DNA of 64,000 nt from an uncultured Gammaproteobacteria bacterium (GCA_964387865.1 CAYLXC010000002.1:18676-82675); one strand, 5' to 3'. Counted from the stretch's first letter, positions 9,776-19,232 are shown. Numbers and translations: made by a program. The notes: a model not told the origin generated them from the sequence alone.

Positions 9776-10706
9776 GGTTTTCTTTAAGATAAATTACGGT
9801 TTGTCGGATAGCTTCTCTAATTGTCAGTTTGGGTCTCCAGCCTAATCTCTTTAGTTTTTCGATAGATAAAAGTACAAATTCATTATCGCCCTTCCAATTA
9901 CTTTCTTTCCCAAGCCAAGTTTTTTTTACAGAAGTTTTACCCAAAACTTCAAGAATGCTATCAACAATCTGAGAAACTGTAAGTAAATCTTGATGCCCAA
10001 TATTGTATATACTGACTTGCTCTTTCGAGTTCGCAATTATTCTAAATATTGCATCAATCCCATCCAAAACAGCGAGAGAAGATTTCTTAGGTGAACCATC
10101 TGAAAAAAGCTTAATCGATTTTGGATTATGCTGCAATTTTTTTAAGACATCAAAAACTATTCCGTGAGTATAACGCGGACCCAAGAAAGAAACGAATCTA
10201 AAGATATAGGTTTTAATGTTATAGTAAGAAGAATAAGTATAAATGTAACTTTCACAAGCAGCTTTTGTTGCCCCATATAAAGAGGTTGGTTGAAATGGGT
10301 AATCTTCAGGAGTAGGATGGATTCTTGCATCTCCATAAACTGAAGAAGTAGAAGTAAACGCCAAATTTTTGACTCCGTAATTTATCATAGCTTCCAAAAC
10401 ATTACGTGTCATTTCCAAGTTTTGATCATGGTCGATAAAATGGTTTTCAAAGCCAGACTTAACATCAGCATGAGCAGCTAAATGAAAAACAGACTCTATA
10501 CCTTTCATAGATTCTTTGAGTTTTCGGATATTTGAGAGATCAGCTTTTACCAATTCAAAATTTCTATTTTTTAAATGTTGTCGGATAAAAATTTGCCTGC
10601 CGGTTGAAAAATTATCATATACTCTTACTTTATGTCCTTCACTCATTAACCTGTCAACAATATGGGAACCAATAAATCCGGCACCGCCTGTAATAAGATA
10701 TTTCAT
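9759..10706 (-). CDS. NAD-dependent nucleotide-sugar epimerase/dehydratase (extended SDR)
   Basis: ITGGAGFIGSH, HLAA, TSTSSVYG, YGATK. Confidence 0.9.
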   Translation of the reverse strand: MKYLITGGAGFIGSHIVDRLMSEGHKVRVYDNFSTGRQIFIRQHLKNRNFELVKADLSNIRKLKESMKGIESVFHLAAHADVKSGFENHFIDHDQNLEMTRNVLEAMINYGVKNLAFTSTSSVYGDARIHPTPEDYPFQPTSLYGATKAACESYIYTYSSYYNIKTYIFRFVSFLGPRYTHGIVFDVLKKLQHNPKSIKLFSDGSPKKSSLAVLDGIDAIFRIIANSKEQVSIYNIGHQDLLTVSQIVDSILEVLGKTSVKKTWLGKESNWKGDNEFVLLSIEKLKRLGWRPKLTIREAIRQTVIYLKENPRFLK

Positions 10707-10707
10707 A

Positions 10708-11685
10708 TCATACAAAATTTTTGTGGTAAAGTTTTTTAATTACACTCATAACATATAGAGCATCCTTTATACTACTATCGCTATAATCTTTTTGCTTAAT
10801 TCTTTTAAAGAAGAGGTTATTTTCAACTTTCCAGGAATTATCTTCTTCTCCAAATGAAAACTCACTAACATCAGGAGGACCCATTTCGGGTCTCATAGAA
10901 TATAAGACTAACCTTTCCTTACCATAGCTTCTGCCTAGCCCATCAATTTGAATCTTTCCCTTTTGCAACATAATTTCAAAAGAAAATATATTTTTCCATT
11001 CTACACAAGTTACTGAAAGATCAGCGATTTGATTTTTCTTATTTCGGAGTTGAAAAAAAGCAGCATCTTCCAAGTTTGTTTCCCAAAATAAGTTAGTCAC
11101 AAATCCTGTTATTTGAGACATTTGTCCACAAAAAAAGTTCACTAGATCAATTAAATGACAGCCCTGATCGATTAATTCCCCACCGCCTGACACTTTTTTT
11201 TGAAAACGCCATTCTTTTTCATAATTTAACCTACCACCGTGGCCATATCTAGCCCTGATAAATAAAAGGGGTCCCCAATTTTGGGAATCAACAATTTGTT
11301 TAGCCTTTTGTATTGCTGGATGAAATTTATGATTATATCCGTACATTACAACAACGGAGTTTCTCTTGTAGGCTTTATATGTATCTGATATTTGTCTAAA
11401 ATTTACCCCCCCGGGTTTCTCTATAAGAACATGTTTTCCGTTTTCAATTGCTGATATCGCTATTTTTGATAAATTATTATTTGTAACACAAACAAATATT
11501 GCATTGATATCCTTGTCCTTCACTACCTTATGCCAATCTTTTTCAAAGCCGCAGTTAAACTGGTGAGCAAATACTTCTCCTTTTTGCTCATCTATATCAC
11601 AAACAGTTGTTAAATTTACGCCTTTAGGTAAAGATTGTGCTCTTTTTCTTCCAACGTAACCTGCCCCTATTATTGCAATATTCAT
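10708..11685 (-). CDS. Gfo/Idh/MocA family oxidoreductase
   Basis: IIGAGYVG, GKHVLIEKP, GYNHKFHP, GGGELIDQGCHLID. Confidence 0.9.
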   Translation of the reverse strand: MNIAIIGAGYVGRKRAQSLPKGVNLTTVCDIDEQKGEVFAHQFNCGFEKDWHKVVKDKDINAIFVCVTNNNLSKIAISAIENGKHVLIEKPGGVNFRQISDTYKAYKRNSVVVMYGYNHKFHPAIQKAKQIVDSQNWGPLLFIRARYGHGGRLNYEKEWRFQKKVSGGGELIDQGCHLIDLVNFFCGQMSQITGFVTNLFWETNLEDAAFFQLRNKKNQIADLSVTCVEWKNIFSFEIMLQKGKIQIDGLGRSYGKERLVLYSMRPEMGPPDVSEFSFGEEDNSWKVENNLFFKRIKQKDYSDSSIKDALYVMSVIKKLYHKNFV

Positions 11686-12968
11686 TTTCCCTCTCCCATT
11701 CCGAGATAATTAAATCCAAAGTTTTTATATTTCTTTTTATCTAAAAAGTTTTTAGTATCTATAATAACTCTTTGTCTCATCAAATTTGAAACTAATTTGG
11801 GATTAATTTCTTTAAATTGAGGCCACTGTGTCATTAAAATTAATAAGTCTAATTTTTTTAAAAATTCCTCAATGGAACTTTTAATATTTACAAATTTTAG
11901 TCTTCCATTTTTTATAGCCGGATCAAAACCTCTAATTTCAGCTTTCTCTTTGGCTAATAAATTTGCTAATTCAAGAGATTGAGATCTTCTTAAGGTATTT
12001 GTATTAGGTTTGTAGGTTAAGCCTAGTATACCTATTTTTTTCCCATTAAGTTTGGGATAAATTTTTTTGACCTTCCTCATTAAATAATTTAGTCTATCTT
12101 GGTTGACCGCATAAATTGCATTAAGCAATTTAGCTGGATATTTAAATTTAGCGGAGAGTTTAATGAGAGTTTTAATATCACGACCCAAAGTTCCGCCGGC
12201 AAATCCTAATCCAGGATTAATAGGTGCTTTCGGACTTACCCTTGGATCGGACTTTAATCCTAAAACTACATCTTGTATATTTGCACCCAATAGTTCACAA
12301 AGATCAGAGAGTTCAGAGGCAAAACTTATATTTAGAGCTAAGTAAGAATTTAGAGCATGCTTTAACATTTCGGCACTCTCTATAGACATTTTCAAAACTT
12401 TACATTTAAAAATTGGAAAATCTTTTAGAAATTGCTCAATGATATCATTATTATCTGATCCTAGGACGATCCTTGGAGGTTTAAGAAAGTCATAAATTGC
12501 ACTTCCCAGTCTTAAGTTTTCAGGGAAATAAATTACCCTAGTGTTTGATTTTAATCTTTTTAAAAGAGAGCGGGTAGTTCCAATAGGGACTTGACTTGAA
12601 ATAACAATAATTGTTTTTTTTGAGATATATTTAACTACTAAATCAAATAATTTATTTAACAAACTTAAGTCAACTTCATCATAATCATTTATTGGCGTAT
12701 CTAAAGTAATAAAAATATAGTCTTTATTTTTGATTACTTCTTTTGGATTACTACTAAAATGCAAATTTTTGTTTAAATATTTTGTAAAATATCTGGTAAG
12801 ACTAGGTTCAAATATAGGAAGTTCTTTTGATTTTAGTTTGTTAACATTCTTTTTATCTAGGTCGAAGCAGGAAACTTTATATCCTGATTTAGCAAAGCAA
12901 ACACTATATACTAAACCCAGATGCCATAATCCTAAAACTCCGACAGATAACTTAAGACCCTTTTTCAT
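11682..12968 (-). CDS. UDP-glucose/GDP-mannose dehydrogenase family protein, atypical (no catalytic Cys)
   Basis: GLWHLG, PIFEP, SSQVPIGT, PENLRLG, AEMLKHALN, GLTYKPNT. The catalytic segment reads AGGTLGRD rather than GGxCxPKD. Confidence 0.85.
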   Translation of the reverse strand: MKKGLKLSVGVLGLWHLGLVYSVCFAKSGYKVSCFDLDKKNVNKLKSKELPIFEPSLTRYFTKYLNKNLHFSSNPKEVIKNKDYIFITLDTPINDYDEVDLSLLNKLFDLVVKYISKKTIIVISSQVPIGTTRSLLKRLKSNTRVIYFPENLRLGSAIYDFLKPPRIVLGSDNNDIIEQFLKDFPIFKCKVLKMSIESAEMLKHALNSYLALNISFASELSDLCELLGANIQDVVLGLKSDPRVSPKAPINPGLGFAGGTLGRDIKTLIKLSAKFKYPAKLLNAIYAVNQDRLNYLMRKVKKIYPKLNGKKIGILGLTYKPNTNTLRRSQSLELANLLAKEKAEIRGFDPAIKNGRLKFVNIKSSIEEFLKKLDLLILMTQWPQFKEINPKLVSNLMRQRVIIDTKNFLDKKKYKNFGFNYLGMGEGK

Positions 12969-13821
12969 AGATAAACTCTTGATCCACTCTTCTTAGTTTG
13001 TATAAATTATTACTAAGTTTATTCGTAGAAGAACTTTGTTCATTCTTTCTTAACTTTGCGGGTGGATTCCATTTGGCGCTTAGTAGCCTTCCAGTAATAT
13101 GGTTTGACTGAGTTGACGATAGATAGACTACTAGTTTTGCAGCAAGTTCAGGAGGCATTCCCCCTAACTTTTTTTGTTTAATGGCATTTTGATAAATTTC
13201 TTTACCGCTTTTTTTAGGTCCTTGTTTAATCAAATAATCGTTTAAATAAGTATTAACAGAACCAGGCGATATAGCGTTTACCTGAATATTTTTTTCTTTA
13301 AGCTCATCCGCTAAAACTTCACTGAATCCTGCAACAGCAAATTTAGAAGTAAAGTATGCGGAAAAGTTAGGCATTGTTTTGCTTCCTCCAACTCCAGCCC
13401 CACATAAATTAATAATTTTTCCCCCGCCCCCTTTTTCCATAAGCGGAATTACTAAATGTGATAAGTAGACAATACCCATGAAATTAATTTCAAAGGCCTT
13501 ATTCCAATTATTTAAACTTAAATTCTGAAAAGGTCCAATAGGACCATATATACCGGCATTGTTTACCAAAATATCTATTTTTTTTAACTTAATTTGTGCA
13601 AATTTTATTAATTTTTTGCAATCAGTAAATTTTGAGACATCACAAGATATTCCGTAAGCTACTACATTTTTCTTATTTAGAGCACTCAGTGCTTTTTGTA
13701 TTTCTGATTTAGTTCGCGAGCAAATTATAACAATTGCACCTTGATTAACCAGTTCTTTAGCAATTGCAAAACCGATCCCTCTAGCTCCGCCCGTGATCAA
13801 AGCAACTTTGTTAGATAACAT
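12952..13821 (-). CDS. Classical SDR family NAD(P)-dependent oxidoreductase
   Basis: ITGGARGIG, DILVNNAG, YFTSK, VNAISPG. Confidence 0.9.
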   Translation of the reverse strand: MLSNKVALITGGARGIGFAIAKELVNQGAIVIICSRTKSEIQKALSALNKKNVVAYGISCDVSKFTDCKKLIKFAQIKLKKIDILVNNAGIYGPIGPFQNLSLNNWNKAFEINFMGIVYLSHLVIPLMEKGGGGKIINLCGAGVGGSKTMPNFSAYFTSKFAVAGFSEVLADELKEKNIQVNAISPGSVNTYLNDYLIKQGPKKSGKEIYQNAIKQKKLGGMPPELAAKLVVYLSSTQSNHITGRLLSAKWNPPAKLRKNEQSSSTNKLSNNLYKLRRVDQEFIYEKGS

Positions 13822-13827
13822 AGAGAG

Positions 13828-13833
13828 ATTATA
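13828..13833 (-). promoter_or_regulatory. Putative -10 box TATAAT 6 nt upstream of the SDR ATG (leaderless-type)
   Basis: Minus strand reads TATAAT-ctctct-ATG(13821). No Shine-Dalgarno. Confidence 0.5.
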
Positions 13834-14631
13834 TTACTTTTTCTGGAGTTTTTTCCAAGCTTGATCAAATTGTTCAATAGTTTCTATTGTTCGTTGACTA
13901 AAAAGCATAGAGTGTAAGATTTCTGGAGTTGTTGTAACAATATTAGCTCCAGCTGCGAACGCTTCTCCCACCATTGTCGCTGTACGTATACTTCCAACTA
14001 TTATTTTTGGATTTTCGTAGTCACCTTCTTTCAAAAACGATGAAATAGCAACTACTATATTTTTAGGATCATTATTAACGCTCGATTCCAGTCCTACTCT
14101 TTTGAAATCCGCCATATAGTCGAATCTACCCCTATACTTTACTTGATCCTCAAGGGAGCGTCCCCAAAAAAGGGAGATAAATGATGGTCTCTTACAATAT
14201 CTTGTGGCTAAAGCTGCCATAACCATTTGTTCAAAGGTCATCATAGTTGTGACATTTATAGCAATACCTAAATCTGAAAGTGCTTGGATAATTTCTAAAC
14301 TTTTGGTTGTGTCGGGGATTAGTGGCACTTTTACAACAATATTTTTGTCCATGCTATTTAATTTCCTACCTTCCTTAACCATCTCGTTTGTGGTTGCTGT
14401 ACTATCTGTAAGCTCTACTGAAACAGGTTTATCTTTCATCTCCTTGCAGATTTTTTTGATAACTATTTCTACGTCTTGTAAACGCAATCCATCCTGTAAC
14501 ATTATTACTTGATTTGTGGTTACACCGTCAATGATTCCAGTTGAATTCCATCTTTTTATTTCTTCTAAATTAGAGGAATCTATAAATAAGGATCGGTTAA
14601 AGGAGTAGATTTTTGGCATAACTTTAGACAT
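13834..14631 (-). CDS. tal: Transaldolase (short TalC/FSA-type family)
   Basis: LFIDS, GVTTNQ, VSVEL, Schiff-base Lys in VVKVP, INVT, ISLFWGR, IVGSIR. Glu in SVEL and Phe in SLFWGR point to transaldolase rather than FSA. Confidence 0.85.
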   Translation of the reverse strand: MSKVMPKIYSFNRSLFIDSSNLEEIKRWNSTGIIDGVTTNQVIMLQDGLRLQDVEIVIKKICKEMKDKPVSVELTDSTATTNEMVKEGRKLNSMDKNIVVKVPLIPDTTKSLEIIQALSDLGIAINVTTMMTFEQMVMAALATRYCKRPSFISLFWGRSLEDQVKYRGRFDYMADFKRVGLESSVNNDPKNIVVAISSFLKEGDYENPKIIVGSIRTATMVGEAFAAGANIVTTTPEILHSMLFSQRTIETIEQFDQAWKKLQKK

Positions 14632-14668
14632 AATTCTAGTTCATAAAACTGAATATATCAAGTGTAGG

Positions 14669-14677
14669 TGATATACT
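14669..14677 (+). promoter_or_regulatory. Putative extended -10 (TGaTATACT) 6 nt upstream of the gmhB ATG
   Basis: TGATATACT-aataca-ATG(14684). Confidence 0.5.
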
Positions 14678-14683
14678 AATACA

Positions 14684-15280
14684 ATGAAATGTGCAGTTTT
14701 TCTTGATCGGGACGGAGTTATAAATGAGTTAGTTTATGATTCACAACATGGAACAGTTGATAGTCCAATGTTTCCATCTCAAGTGAAATTAATGTATGGA
14801 ATTGATGAACTGATTAAAGACATAAATAAAACGGGATTTATCAGCATCATTTGTTCAAACCAACCAGCTGTGGCATTAGGAAAAACTACACTAAAAAATT
14901 TTAAGGCGGTAACTGAAGAAATTAAAACACAACTAAAGGCAAAGGGGGCAAGTATAGATTATGAATATCATTGTTTGCATCACCCATTTGCAAAGATTAA
15001 AAAATATAAAATTGTGTGCGAATGTAGAAAACCGAAGACAAGTCTTTTTCTGAAAGCCGCGTCTGAACACCATATTGATCTTAAGGATTCATGGATGATA
15101 GGTGATGGAGTAGATGACATAAAAGCTGGTAAAAAGGCAGGGTGTAAGACAATATTACTTGCTAATATTAATGCAACCGAGAATTTACGGATTATAGAAA
15201 ATCAGCTAGGATCTATAAATCCGGACTTTATAGTAAAAAATTTATTAGAAGCTTTAAAGATTATTAAGGAAAATTTATGA
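14684..15280 (+). CDS. gmhB: D,D-heptose 1,7-bisphosphate phosphatase-like (HAD IIIA)
   Basis: AVFLDRDGVIN, SNQP, CLHHP...CECRKP, WMIGD...DIKAG. Confidence 0.88.
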   Translation: MKCAVFLDRDGVINELVYDSQHGTVDSPMFPSQVKLMYGIDELIKDINKTGFISIICSNQPAVALGKTTLKNFKAVTEEIKTQLKAKGASIDYEYHCLHHPFAKIKKYKIVCECRKPKTSLFLKAASEHHIDLKDSWMIGDGVDDIKAGKKAGCKTILLANINATENLRIIENQLGSINPDFIVKNLLEALKIIKENL

Positions 15281-16035
15281 TAGCAATTATTGTTGCTGGT
15301 GGAAGAGGCGAAAGACTTGAACTTTTTACTAACAGGATTCCCAAACCTATGATAAAAGTTAGTGGAAAACCAATACTTTTACATGTTGTAGAACTACTTA
15401 AAAAATATGGTGTATCAGAATATATTTTTTCCTTATGTTACTTACCTAATGTAGTTAAAAATTATTTTGGGGATGGTAAAAAATTTGGAATAAAAATATC
15501 TTATACATTTGAAAAACCTAATTTACCGTTGGGTACTGCAGGAGCAATTTCGCTTGCAAGAAAATTAATTAACGATACCTTCATTGTGACTTATGCGGAT
15601 ATTTTAAGGGATTTGGATATAGGAAATATGATAAGTTTTCATAAGAAAAATAAATCATTTGCTACCTTAAATGTTTACAAAAGAGAAAGTAGGGATGCAA
15701 AAAGTAAAATAGTTTTAGACAATAAAAATCGGATCATTAAATTTATAGAAAGACCCAAATCAGATGATCTAAAAGAAGAATACATTTGGGTAAACGGATC
15801 ATTTTATATTTTGGAGCCGCAAATTTTTGATTGGATTCCAGATAATAAAAAATCTGATTTTGGAAAAGATATATTCCCAAAATTATTGAAATCAAAAAAA
15901 CCTCTTTATGCTTATCCTCCAAAAGGATATCTCGTTGATATAGGTAATATGGAAAAATTAGAGTATGCTAGAAAAACTTTCAGTAAGGTTCAATTTCCCG
16001 AAGTTCCGGGGAAAAAACTATTGCATGCCAAATAA
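15277..16035 (+). CDS. hddC: Sugar-1-phosphate nucleotidyltransferase (HddC/GDP-mannose pyrophosphorylase-like)
   Basis: IIVAGGRGERL, PKPMI, PLGTAGAI, FIERP, DIG. Clustered with gmhA, gmhB and hddA homologues. Confidence 0.8.
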   Translation: MIAIIVAGGRGERLELFTNRIPKPMIKVSGKPILLHVVELLKKYGVSEYIFSLCYLPNVVKNYFGDGKKFGIKISYTFEKPNLPLGTAGAISLARKLINDTFIVTYADILRDLDIGNMISFHKKNKSFATLNVYKRESRDAKSKIVLDNKNRIIKFIERPKSDDLKEEYIWVNGSFYILEPQIFDWIPDNKKSDFGKDIFPKLLKSKKPLYAYPPKGYLVDIGNMEKLEYARKTFSKVQFPEVPGKKLLHAK

Positions 16036-16570
16036 GAACCTGAAAGCTTTCTGCAAAAGGAGTTATAAACTCATCTTTTACAACAGGCACCATGATACAC
16101 AGGTCAGCAACTTTTTTAGTATATCCCCCATCTCTGCTGACAATTCCAATTATGGAAGCTTTAATCTTTTTGGCATATTTTAATGCTTCCACTATATTAG
16201 GACTAATGTTCTTTTCCAAATTCCCACCACCGACTGATAGAATCATTAGTACATCTTTACTTGTGAGTTTGCTAACCTTTAACCAATTAATAAAAACTGT
16301 CTCCCATCCATCATCATTAGTTCTGGCTGTTAATTCTGATACATTATCAATTGGTGTGTAAGCTTCAATGTTGGCAATTTTTCTGAAATCATTAACAGCA
16401 TGAGAACTGTTAGCAGCACTGCCACCTACCCCTAGTAAAAACAATCTTCCTCTTCTTTGTCTAAGTTTAGTTAACAGGTTAATAGTTCTTTCAATATCCT
16501 TTTTGGAAATATTATTTATGGCAGTGATTGCTCCGTCTAAATAGTTTTGAATATATTCTGAAGTTTTCAT
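15980..16570 (-). CDS. gmhA: SIS-domain phosphoheptose isomerase-like protein
   Basis: GVGGSAANSSHAVND, LTARTND, LSVGG..SPNIVEAL, ESFQVLIWH. Confidence 0.82.
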   Translation of the reverse strand: MKTSEYIQNYLDGAITAINNISKKDIERTINLLTKLRQRRGRLFLLGVGGSAANSSHAVNDFRKIANIEAYTPIDNVSELTARTNDDGWETVFINWLKVSKLTSKDVLMILSVGGGNLEKNISPNIVEALKYAKKIKASIIGIVSRDGGYTKKVADLCIMVPVVKDEFITPFAESFQVLIWHAIVFSPELREIEPY

Positions 16571-16575
16571 ATTTT

Positions 16576-17628
16576 TCAACTTAAATTAATCAATACCTTT
16601 GTTCCTTCCCAATCAAATTTAACTTTGCGTTCCTCAAGACCTATTTTTTGCATTCTATCACGGAAACTATTTTTGTTTTTATTAACATAGAATACGAACC
16701 AACCTCCTCCGCCTGCTCCCATAATTTTTCCGCCCAAGGCACCGGCTCTAAGGGCCTGATTATACCACTCATCAATCTGGGGATTAGATACTAGAGTGGA
16801 TAATTTTTTCTTCATTAGCCAGTGCGTATGCAAAGACGCTCCAAAATCATCGACCTTCCCCTTTAACAAAAATTTTTTAACGTCTTGGCCCAAAGTTTTA
16901 ATCTCATCTAAATTTCTAATTATCTCTTCGGTTTGTTTTGATTTTTTTCCTATTTTCTTTTTTTGATCAGATAAAACAGTTACCGCATCGCGTTGAATTC
17001 TGGTTCTAAAAAATAATAAATTACTTTCTAACTCTGCAATAGTATTAAAGCTTAAGTTTAAAGATTCTACATGAACCCTGCCTCTTGTATCAATTTCAAA
17101 ATAGTTGATTCCACCTAAAGCTGCTATATACTGATCCTGTGGTCCAACTGGCATTTTAAGTTTTCTTATCTCTATCTCTGCAGCCTCTTTGGCTAGATAT
17201 AATTTATCTACTGGTTGATTTCTGTATGTATAAAGGGCATTAAGCAGTCCTACTTCAAGTGCTCCTGAGCCACCTAAACCTGATTTAGCAGATGCATCAG
17301 CTAAAGTTGTGATTTCTATACCTTTGGTAACTTTGGTTAACTTTAAGCACTCTTTAATAATTGGATTTGGAATTTCCCTAAAATCATAGGTCATAGTTGC
17401 CTCAATGCCATGAGAAGCTTTAATGAGATTCCGGTCCTCTGTTTTGTTCAAAAAAATAAACACATATTTACCAATTGCTGCACTAATCCAAGCCCCTCCC
17501 TTTAGTTTGCTATACCATACTACATCTGTCCCTCCGCCACCTAAAGTTATTCTCATTGGTGTTTGAGTAATAATGAGAGCTCTCTCGCGAGATAGACTTT
17601 GATCTTTAGTTTTTAAAATTCTACGCAT
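16576..17628 (-). CDS. hddA: GHMP-family sugar-phosphate kinase (D-glycero-alpha-D-manno-heptose-7-phosphate kinase-like)
   Basis: TPMRITLGGGGTD, SGLGGSG, GPQDQY, GGKIMGAGGGG. Confidence 0.85.
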   Translation of the reverse strand: MRRILKTKDQSLSRERALIITQTPMRITLGGGGTDVVWYSKLKGGAWISAAIGKYVFIFLNKTEDRNLIKASHGIEATMTYDFREIPNPIIKECLKLTKVTKGIEITTLADASAKSGLGGSGALEVGLLNALYTYRNQPVDKLYLAKEAAEIEIRKLKMPVGPQDQYIAALGGINYFEIDTRGRVHVESLNLSFNTIAELESNLLFFRTRIQRDAVTVLSDQKKKIGKKSKQTEEIIRNLDEIKTLGQDVKKFLLKGKVDDFGASLHTHWLMKKKLSTLVSNPQIDEWYNQALRAGALGGKIMGAGGGGWFVFYVNKNKNSFRDRMQKIGLEERKVKFDWEGTKVLINLS

Positions 17629-17721
17629 TATTTACATTTGCTGTTAGTAACAGTTATTATATGTGTCAAGTGCTCAAATGCAAGGATTATATCTTTGATT
17701 TTAAGTAATGCAATAATCATT

Positions 17722-18444
17722 ATGAAAAAATATTACCTCTCGATAATCATCCCAGCGTATAATGAGGAAAAGAAAATAGAGAGAGACATACGAGAAGCTT
17801 TTAATTATTTTAAAAAAAAGAAAATTTCTGGGGAGGTTATAGTTTCAACAGATGGGATAACTGATGATACTAACAAAATAGTCCTCAATCTTGAGAATGA
17901 ATTCCCCGACCTGATTTTGCTGACTAAGAAAAAAAAGATTGGTAAAGGCACTGCAATTAAAAGTGGAGTGTCTAAAGCAAGAGGAAAATATATCATGTTT
18001 GCAGATGCAGGGTATTGTGTACCATTTAGATTAATTGATGCAGGAATTAAAAAGATAGAGGAAGGTTATGATCTGGCATTAGGAAATAGGGCTGATAAAT
18101 CTGCAGTTATAAAGTATGGGCAACCACTTTACAGAAGGATCGGGTCGAAAGTTTTTGGTTTAATTGTTAAATATGTGCTAGGGGTTCCTTCTCATATTAA
18201 AGATACCCAATGTGGATTTAAAATTTATAAGCACGATATGGCAAAAAAATTGTTTAAAGATTTGGAATCATCCACTATGATGTTTGATCTGGAACATATT
18301 TTAAGGGCAAAAAAATATGGATATAAAATAGCTGTTTTTCCTGTTGAATGGAATAATGATCCTGATACTAAATTCAATCCAATAAGTGGTGGAATAAAAT
18401 CCCTTAAAGAAATTTATAACATTAAATTTAGACTTAAACTTTAA
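17722..18444 (+). CDS. GT2, dolichyl/polyprenyl-phosphate glycosyltransferase-like (ALG5/DPM1-like)
   Basis: LSIIIPAYNEE, GKGTAI, FADA, DTQCGFK, FDLE. Confidence 0.85.
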   Translation: MKKYYLSIIIPAYNEEKKIERDIREAFNYFKKKKISGEVIVSTDGITDDTNKIVLNLENEFPDLILLTKKKKIGKGTAIKSGVSKARGKYIMFADAGYCVPFRLIDAGIKKIEEGYDLALGNRADKSAVIKYGQPLYRRIGSKVFGLIVKYVLGVPSHIKDTQCGFKIYKHDMAKKLFKDLESSTMMFDLEHILRAKKYGYKIAVFPVEWNNDPDTKFNPISGGIKSLKEIYNIKFRLKL

Positions 18445-18451
18445 AAATTAA

Positions 18452-19207
18452 ATGGAAACATACTTTTATGATTTAAGGTATCAGGTTGATAAATATGAGT
18501 GGAGAGCCAGAGCCAAAAGAGATTTAGTTTTTCAACTCTTTGGAAAATATCGAAATCAGGATTTAAGAAATGAAACGACTAGGATTTTAGACTTCGGCTG
18601 TGGTACTGGAGTTCTTCTAGAAGAATTTGAAAAAAAATTTAATGTAGAAGGATTCGGAATAGATAACTCCAAAAAAGCAATTGATTACTGTAAGAAAAGA
18701 GGATTTGGCCGAGTTAAGATATCTGATGGGGTAAAAATTCCTTTTAAAGCTGGATATTTTGATTTAGTTACAGCTATAGATGTACTGGAGCATATAGAAA
18801 ACGATTTGGAAGCATTAGGTCAAATTAAAAGAGTTTTAAAAAAGTTAGGCTTGGCAATCTTTTTAGTTCCTGCTCATCCTAAACTTTGGTCAACAAGAGA
18901 CATTAATTTACAACACTTTAGAAGATATAAAATTGGAGAATTGGAAAGTAAATGCAAAAAATTAGGATTTAAGTTATTAGAGAATAAAAATGCTGATTTT
19001 GCGCTCTACTTTTTGTTCGCTCTAATTTGCTTACTGGCTCCTAAAAAAAATGGAATACCAAATCTAAAAATGGATACTGCCACTGCTTCTACTAATAAAT
19101 TTATTAATGAAATAATCTTTATGTACGAACAATTGGAAAATAAATTACAGCAATTTACTACCTTCCCAATAGGATTATCGATTGTAGTGGTTGTACAAAA
19201 AATTTGA
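18452..19207 (+). CDS. Class I SAM-dependent methyltransferase
   Basis: ILDFGCGTG, FDLVTAIDVLEH, VPAHPKLWS...HFRRY. Confidence 0.88.
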   Translation: METYFYDLRYQVDKYEWRARAKRDLVFQLFGKYRNQDLRNETTRILDFGCGTGVLLEEFEKKFNVEGFGIDNSKKAIDYCKKRGFGRVKISDGVKIPFKAGYFDLVTAIDVLEHIENDLEALGQIKRVLKKLGLAIFLVPAHPKLWSTRDINLQHFRRYKIGELESKCKKLGFKLLENKNADFALYFLFALICLLAPKKNGIPNLKMDTATASTNKFINEIIFMYEQLENKLQQFTTFPIGLSIVVVVQKI

Positions 19208-19232
19208 TACTGTTACAATCTTCTTTGAGAAT

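Noticed and set aside
17638-17721. Longest-ORF starts in the track (e.g. 17638, 8591, 19191, 32055, 41310, 60390)
   Set aside because: They extend into promoter space or neighbouring genes. Downstream ATGs fit the domain starts better.
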